NCBI GenBank assembly: GCA_000708835.1
Contig: DF237145.1
Coordinates: 69,468 to 133,467, forward strand
Reading direction: 5' to 3'
Source of the DNA: Klebsormidium nitens
Lineage: Eukaryota > Plantae > Klebsormidiophyceae
DNA: 64,000 nucleotides
Under the pieces are notes generated by a model. The model was not told where the DNA came from, searched no databases, and saw nothing but the letters and a program-made list of their open reading frames with translations. A program made the position numbers and the translations under genes. Below are positions 59,301 to 64,000 of the stretch, piece after piece (the stretch's first letter is position 1; each line of letters opens with the position of its first letter).

Positions 59301-60881
59301 ACCGAACTTGTTATTGCTGAGTCCCCTGAAAGATCACCGAGTCTCATGTCAGCACTCATCGCTTGAATCGTATTGCCACCTTGCCAGCAGACTTGCTGCT
59401 AGGCAGCTGCATGTAAATCCTTCCGCTCATCAAGGTAAGAAAAAGTTGCTTGCTGTGCTATTTCTTGAATTTGCTTCTGTTTTAACATGCAACGGTTCGC
59501 AATATCTGTACCATATGTTCACTGAGCAGCTTATCAACCATGCAGTTCTGATGCAGTTTCCGCGTTGGCTACTGGCCATACCAATACACTTTCAAGGATC
59601 ACCTCTTCATGAGTATAGATCTGAAAGTCCTGAAGAAGCAGGTATTGCAGCAGAGAATGCTTACAGCGTCACGAGATTTGTCAGAGAGGCTACAGCAGCT
59701 GGCAATGTAGCCGAAATACCACGCCCGTTCAGGTTCCTGCAAGGAAGAGAGCACAGTGTAAGAGCAACGGTGAAATATGCGCACTGAAGCTCTGTCCTCA
59801 AAGGTGTCGCAATCACCGCAGCCATATCAGAATGAAATATCATCTGGAAGCAGACATGCAAGACAGGCCATGCATCACGGTCTTTTAAGCATATCTAAGA
59901 TAGTGATACTTACAGACTTGTGACGACCTTGTAGTTGCTCATGAGTTGGCTGTCCTTTGCCACAGGCAACGAAAGGGTGGCTGCGCACACTAAATATTGC
60001 CATTGATTGTTGCACGGGTCGCCAATCCCCCAGGTGGCAAATGCTCCATTGTCATTGTTTCCAATGGCCTGCTTTATGCTCATGAGAGCAGATACTGCAA
60101 TCCGAAAAGGCCAGAGATGCAGTCAATCATGGTGAGAGCAAGTCCTTTTTTCAAACAACCTGGTCCATTCCTCTCTTGACTCTGATCTTAATACTCCAGA
60201 TGCATATTTGCTAAACGATGGAAGCGATTGCAAAAACATCCTGCGGCTGTTGGCTTTGCTTGCCAGTGAAACTTTGTCCTATCGATGGCCTTTCTGCTGA
60301 AGTTACTACTGATCAAGGCCTCTTCCTTCACAGATCCAGATGCTAGATTCAAAAGTTGAGTTATGTATATCTGTTGAAGAGTCAAAAGTAAACAGGACGT
60401 ACGCTACTTCAAGGGCCTTTCCAGAACTGACAAGCTGTCTTTCCATTGCAGTATTGCAGTTGGCTCGCTTGTTAGGATTTTCCTACGTGCTGAAAAGACA
60501 TTGTGAGCCTTTATAGAATCAGATCTAGGGTCAGGTGCACCTAACACGTTCCCTCCATCTGCACACCTTGGATAAGCTCACCTAGACCTGAACCCTTTGA
60601 ACGAATTTTTCATAAATCTGAGATGAGATGCAGAAAGGATTCCACAAAACCCACGAGGTTGATCATTCCACTGTGATCAATGGGGTCTCTAAGTCTAAGC
60701 ACGATGTGACCTTCTTCAGTGCATCTATGGAGAGCACGAAGAACTTTTCGTACAAGTGCATGCATACAATTCATTTCAAAGCCTCCTCACCATCATCGGG
60801 GTACGTTAGAACCTGCGCATGTGCTGCCCCAAACAACGCCACAATGCCAAGCAGCATGAGAACGCTGCTTGTTTGCGCCAT
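53351..60881 (-). CDS. Secreted plant-type LRR receptor-like protein: signal peptide, LRRNT, ~22 LRRs with an island, Pro-rich stalk, C-terminal hydrophobic (GPI-like) tail
   Basis: MAQTSSVLMLLGIVALFGAAHAQ; VSALMSIKQAIG...W...DPC...W...C (LRRNT); repeated LxLxxNxLsGxIPxxLgxLxxL exons, mostly ~72 or 144 nt with phase-2 introns; last exon WYDGNSFSC...SPPPMPSTPRSPPPPPSVLTPPPPPKKAGASHTFPAVVTMVVLAAAGTFASVF followed by stop. Confidence 0.88.
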
Positions 60882-61928
60882 CTTCGCCTCTTGGCGAACG
60901 TCCTAAGATGTATGCAATGCTATTTGCAACGTCGATTCAGCAAGTGACCAAGCGCAATGCCGTCCTCTCCAAGAAGATAGACGCCTCCGGTGAAGCTGTC
61001 ACCTGGCGACCGTGGAAAATGCTGGCAATGCTGCTGCAAATTCTACTCAATTTGGCTGCGCTTCTGCCCAAGCTGGCTGCTGCTTGCTGCTGTACGAAAC
61101 CAGACTGAAGGCTTCACAAAATGGTGAATGCTAGAGTGGCTCTAAGAGAACTTGATTCAATCCCAAGCTGCCAAGCATTTCTTACGTGATTGCCGATGTC
61201 ATGATCCAATCTGCAGTTTGTTCGACTCAATCACTGATCCGCAATGCATATGGATGAGCGGTCAACGTTTTAAACGTTGGATGAACGCGTCTGGTCCTTT
61301 CACCGCCGTTCCAAAGTCAAGTCAAGTCGAATTGCCTAGTACAGGAGTAGTACAGCTACCCTAGTACAGGAGTCTGAAGCAAGATACAGCAGAGCAAGGT
61401 ACTGAAAATATGCACTGTGACCATTTTTTGTGAAGCTGGAGCCTCGCATCCTGTGCCGACGGTACATAACACTGTATCTAGGTATACTTACGTAGGTACC
61501 CGGTACTGCGGGGGGCTTTGTATCTAGGTACTTGAAAGGAAGCGTACACGAGGGCGTCAAGTTTACAACCGTCTTCTAATTCAAGGAAGAGCGCGATACA
61601 AAACTGAGTCCCGAGAAATGTGCCGCGCTACATGCGGGATCTGCCAGATTCCAGGAATGATCGCCGACGCCAAACAGCCATCGGACGGCTTTAGTAAGGC
61701 TATAAAGGGTGCTCTGAAGCATCCTACGGCTGCAGAAAAGTAGGGTAAGACTACATGCCTGGTATTCTTGCAGTCGTGGACCCACACAAGCATAAACTCG
61801 GAGCTGCTCGCCTTTCCTGCAATGTATCCTAGGTACCTATTCCATTGTGCATGGTTTGCAGCTTCTGCAACGCAGAGAGGAACGGTGGTTGCTGAAAAAT
61901 CGGCTGACAAGCATTGAAAGGCGTCACC

Positions 61929-63932
61929 ATGGCGTTGTCTCTCAGCTCGCCGCCCTCCGCAAGCTCCCCTCTGCTGGGTTCTCTTCAATCTGTCCGCAAT
62001 TCTAACGCATGCCCAAACGAAACATGCACTCATCTGAGGAGAGCTTGCTTTTCGCGGCGAATGGTGTCCCAGCAACCACTCACCGCACTCCCAAGCTTCC
62101 TCACTGGTAGCACCAATCGGACTTTTGCGGCCAATCCTCGGAAGCTGAGGAGGCATGCATTAACTTCTAGTTGGCGCAAGCATGCGAACCCGGGTGCTTT
62201 GTCTGTGAGAGCTTCTATTGCAGACGCGCCGCCAGACAAGAAAGACAGAGCAAAGCCTGCGCAAGTCAGGTCGCCGCTGTTAGATGCTGACGTTCCGGAG
62301 TACGTCAAAGAAGCAGGTGAGCGTTGGATTGATGCAAGGAAATGGGTTTGCATCAGAACTCTGCTGCGGGGTGGTGTGGGTAGCTGCATTAGTGACATCT
62401 TTGCTCTCACCTTCAGAACTTAAAATGAGCCTTGTCCATTGAAATCTCAAGTTTTGTTCGGGAGTTGTGGTTTTGCAATCAGTCATGCTGCATCAAGGGA
62501 AGGATTGAGCAACTACTCAAGAACATTGCTTCTTCATTGTGATCCACTCTAGAGAGAGTCAGGCTCAAACCATAAACCCTTGGGATGAACCCCGTTCCAG
62601 CTTGCAATCATTGCTACTTTACGTCTCCAGTTTTCGGGAAAACTCGGAGAAAGCAGCTCCGGAAGAGATCGGAGAAAGCAGCTCTGGGAGAGCCTTGTTG
62701 AGATCACATGTTCCCATATACGTGTGTGTTCCTTACAGAGTCATTCTTGGAGAAATACCATGTTCAGAAGTACTAGATTCTCTCTTGCAGTGTCCTTGTT
62801 GGAGGATGTCAGGTTCAGAGATGTGAATATCCTCTTGCAGTGCGGACTCAGCCTTGGAAGGGAGTCCTCGAACCCAGCACAGAGCGCAGTTTCACTGTGG
62901 ACTCTAGCCATGTGAAGGGGAGAATACCGGATGATCTCCGGGGGACATACTACAGATTGGGTCCGGGGAACACGCGCATGGGGGAGAGGAAACAGGGGCA
63001 CTGGTTCGATGGAGATGGGATGGTGAGCTCGCGCAATGCTTAAGACATTTGAACAGCGAGGTGGTGTAATGCCTGGAAAGGCTACCTGGGAAAGTCTACC
63101 TTTCCAGACTTTACGTCAAGTGTGGTTGGGATGACTGTAACAAAAGGCTCAGGGGCACTGATAGTGACGAGGACGGAGTGTCAGGAAAGTGATCATTGCT
63201 GGAAGCGCCACCCTCGAGAATGCGTAACTTAGCAAAATGGAGCACTGGAAGACTGGCTTCTGATTTTCAGCGTCACATTCTCGACACGACAGAAACAGCA
63301 CGAGGGGAATTGCCGTTGCCAGTGATACTGGAACAGCAGTCACTGTGACTTCCGTACGCTGAAATTCCTTGTTGAACCAATGGGTCTTACTCTTAACAAT
63401 TGTCGAGCAACGGATGCAGTTACTTGGCAGCCCAGTAGACTAGGTTGTGTGTCATCAAACTTCAAAGGCTGAGCCCCTTTGGGTCGTTCCTTGCAAAAAC
63501 GCGTGTTAATTCTTGACCGTTTGTCGTTGCCCCAAACCTCATACTAAAGTCAGAAACGTCGACGGCAGTTCCACTCTTCCTCAGATCCGACCGGTTTCGT
63601 TAGCATCTCTTCCACACTTCTGACTGGATCCAAGCGTAGGCAACAAACAGCCACAAGATATGCATAGCGTATCCACCATCAGCACTGTCCGCGAATGGCA
63701 TACATTCCCGAAAAATCCCCGAAATCCCCGTTTCCCCTGTTCAGATTTACGCCTTCAGTTTGGACGGCTTTAACGAGAGCGTCACGTTCCGATCGCGTTG
63801 GATCGACACCCCGCGCATTCGGCAGCGCCTGGCCGCCCCAGAAAACAAGGTCGCCGGGAAGGGCGTTTGGACGCCCGCGGACGGCGGGCCCTTCGCAAAC
63901 GTCGGAAGTATGGAGAACCCCAGCAACACGGC
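61929..63932 (+). CDS. Second carotenoid cleavage dioxygenase (RPE65 family) with a plastid-transit-peptide-like N-terminus; continues past the window end
   Basis: Exon 61929-62316 is Ser/Arg/Ala-rich (MALSLSSPPSASS...LSVRA). Exon 62841-63022 reads VKGRIPDDLRGTYYRLGPG...GHWFDGDGM. Exon 63745-63932 reads IYAFSLDG...FRSRWIDT...NPSNT. Confidence 0.88.
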
Positions 63933-64000
63933 GTGAGTATGATTTTAGGCCGTGGTTATATTTTGGATCGAGCTGAAGATTGAAAATGATAAGCCGGGAT

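Noticed and set aside
61330-61560. GTAC/CTAG-rich stretch with short direct repeats (ctagtacaggagt, tgtatctaggta) between the LRR and second CCD genes
   Set aside because: No terminal inverted repeats or TSD could be defined, so it is too weak to call a mobile element.
167-63983. Most long ORFs in the supplied six-frame track
   Set aside because: They are antisense or frame-shifted shadows of GC-rich exons, or read-throughs into introns. Only segments with domain motifs and compatible splice sites were used.

Overview
Intron-rich eukaryotic DNA of moderate GC content with GT-AG introns. It most resembles a streptophyte alga such as Klebsormidium; this is an inference from plant-type LRRs, plastid-type carotenoid oxygenases, flagellar/centriolar genes and class III cyclase/class I PDE domains. 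By manual splicing I reconstructed seven multi-exon genes. (1) An EF-hand + WD40 protein of the WDR49/CFAP337 type (minus strand, runs off the window start). (2) An LRRC45-like LRR/coiled-coil protein (+). (3) A 17-kb minus-strand gene for a single-pass receptor: signal peptide, bacterial-type two-component-regulator beta-propeller repeats, Y_Y_Y-like domain, TM helix, adenylyl cyclase, then a class I cyclic-nucleotide phosphodiesterase. All catalytic residues are present, provided an apparent U12-type intron inside the cyclase NxxSR motif is spliced. (4) A transit-peptide-like/EF-hand-like/tandem cNMP-binding protein without a kinase domain (+). (5) An ACO-like carotenoid oxygenase that lacks its own N-terminus and can be joined in frame to gene 4 through a GC-AG intron. 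(6) A ~22-LRR receptor-like protein with an island, Pro-rich stalk and GPI-like tail (minus). (7) A second, plastid-targeted carotenoid oxygenase (+, runs off the end). The window also holds a 542-bp TIR element with an 8-bp target-site duplication, a probable decayed retroelement, and many intronic tandem echoes of exon/intron junctions. The best candidate for a new system is the receptor cyclase-PDE lying head-to-head with a possible cAMP-binding carotenoid oxygenase. All gene models are manual and unverified by transcript data.
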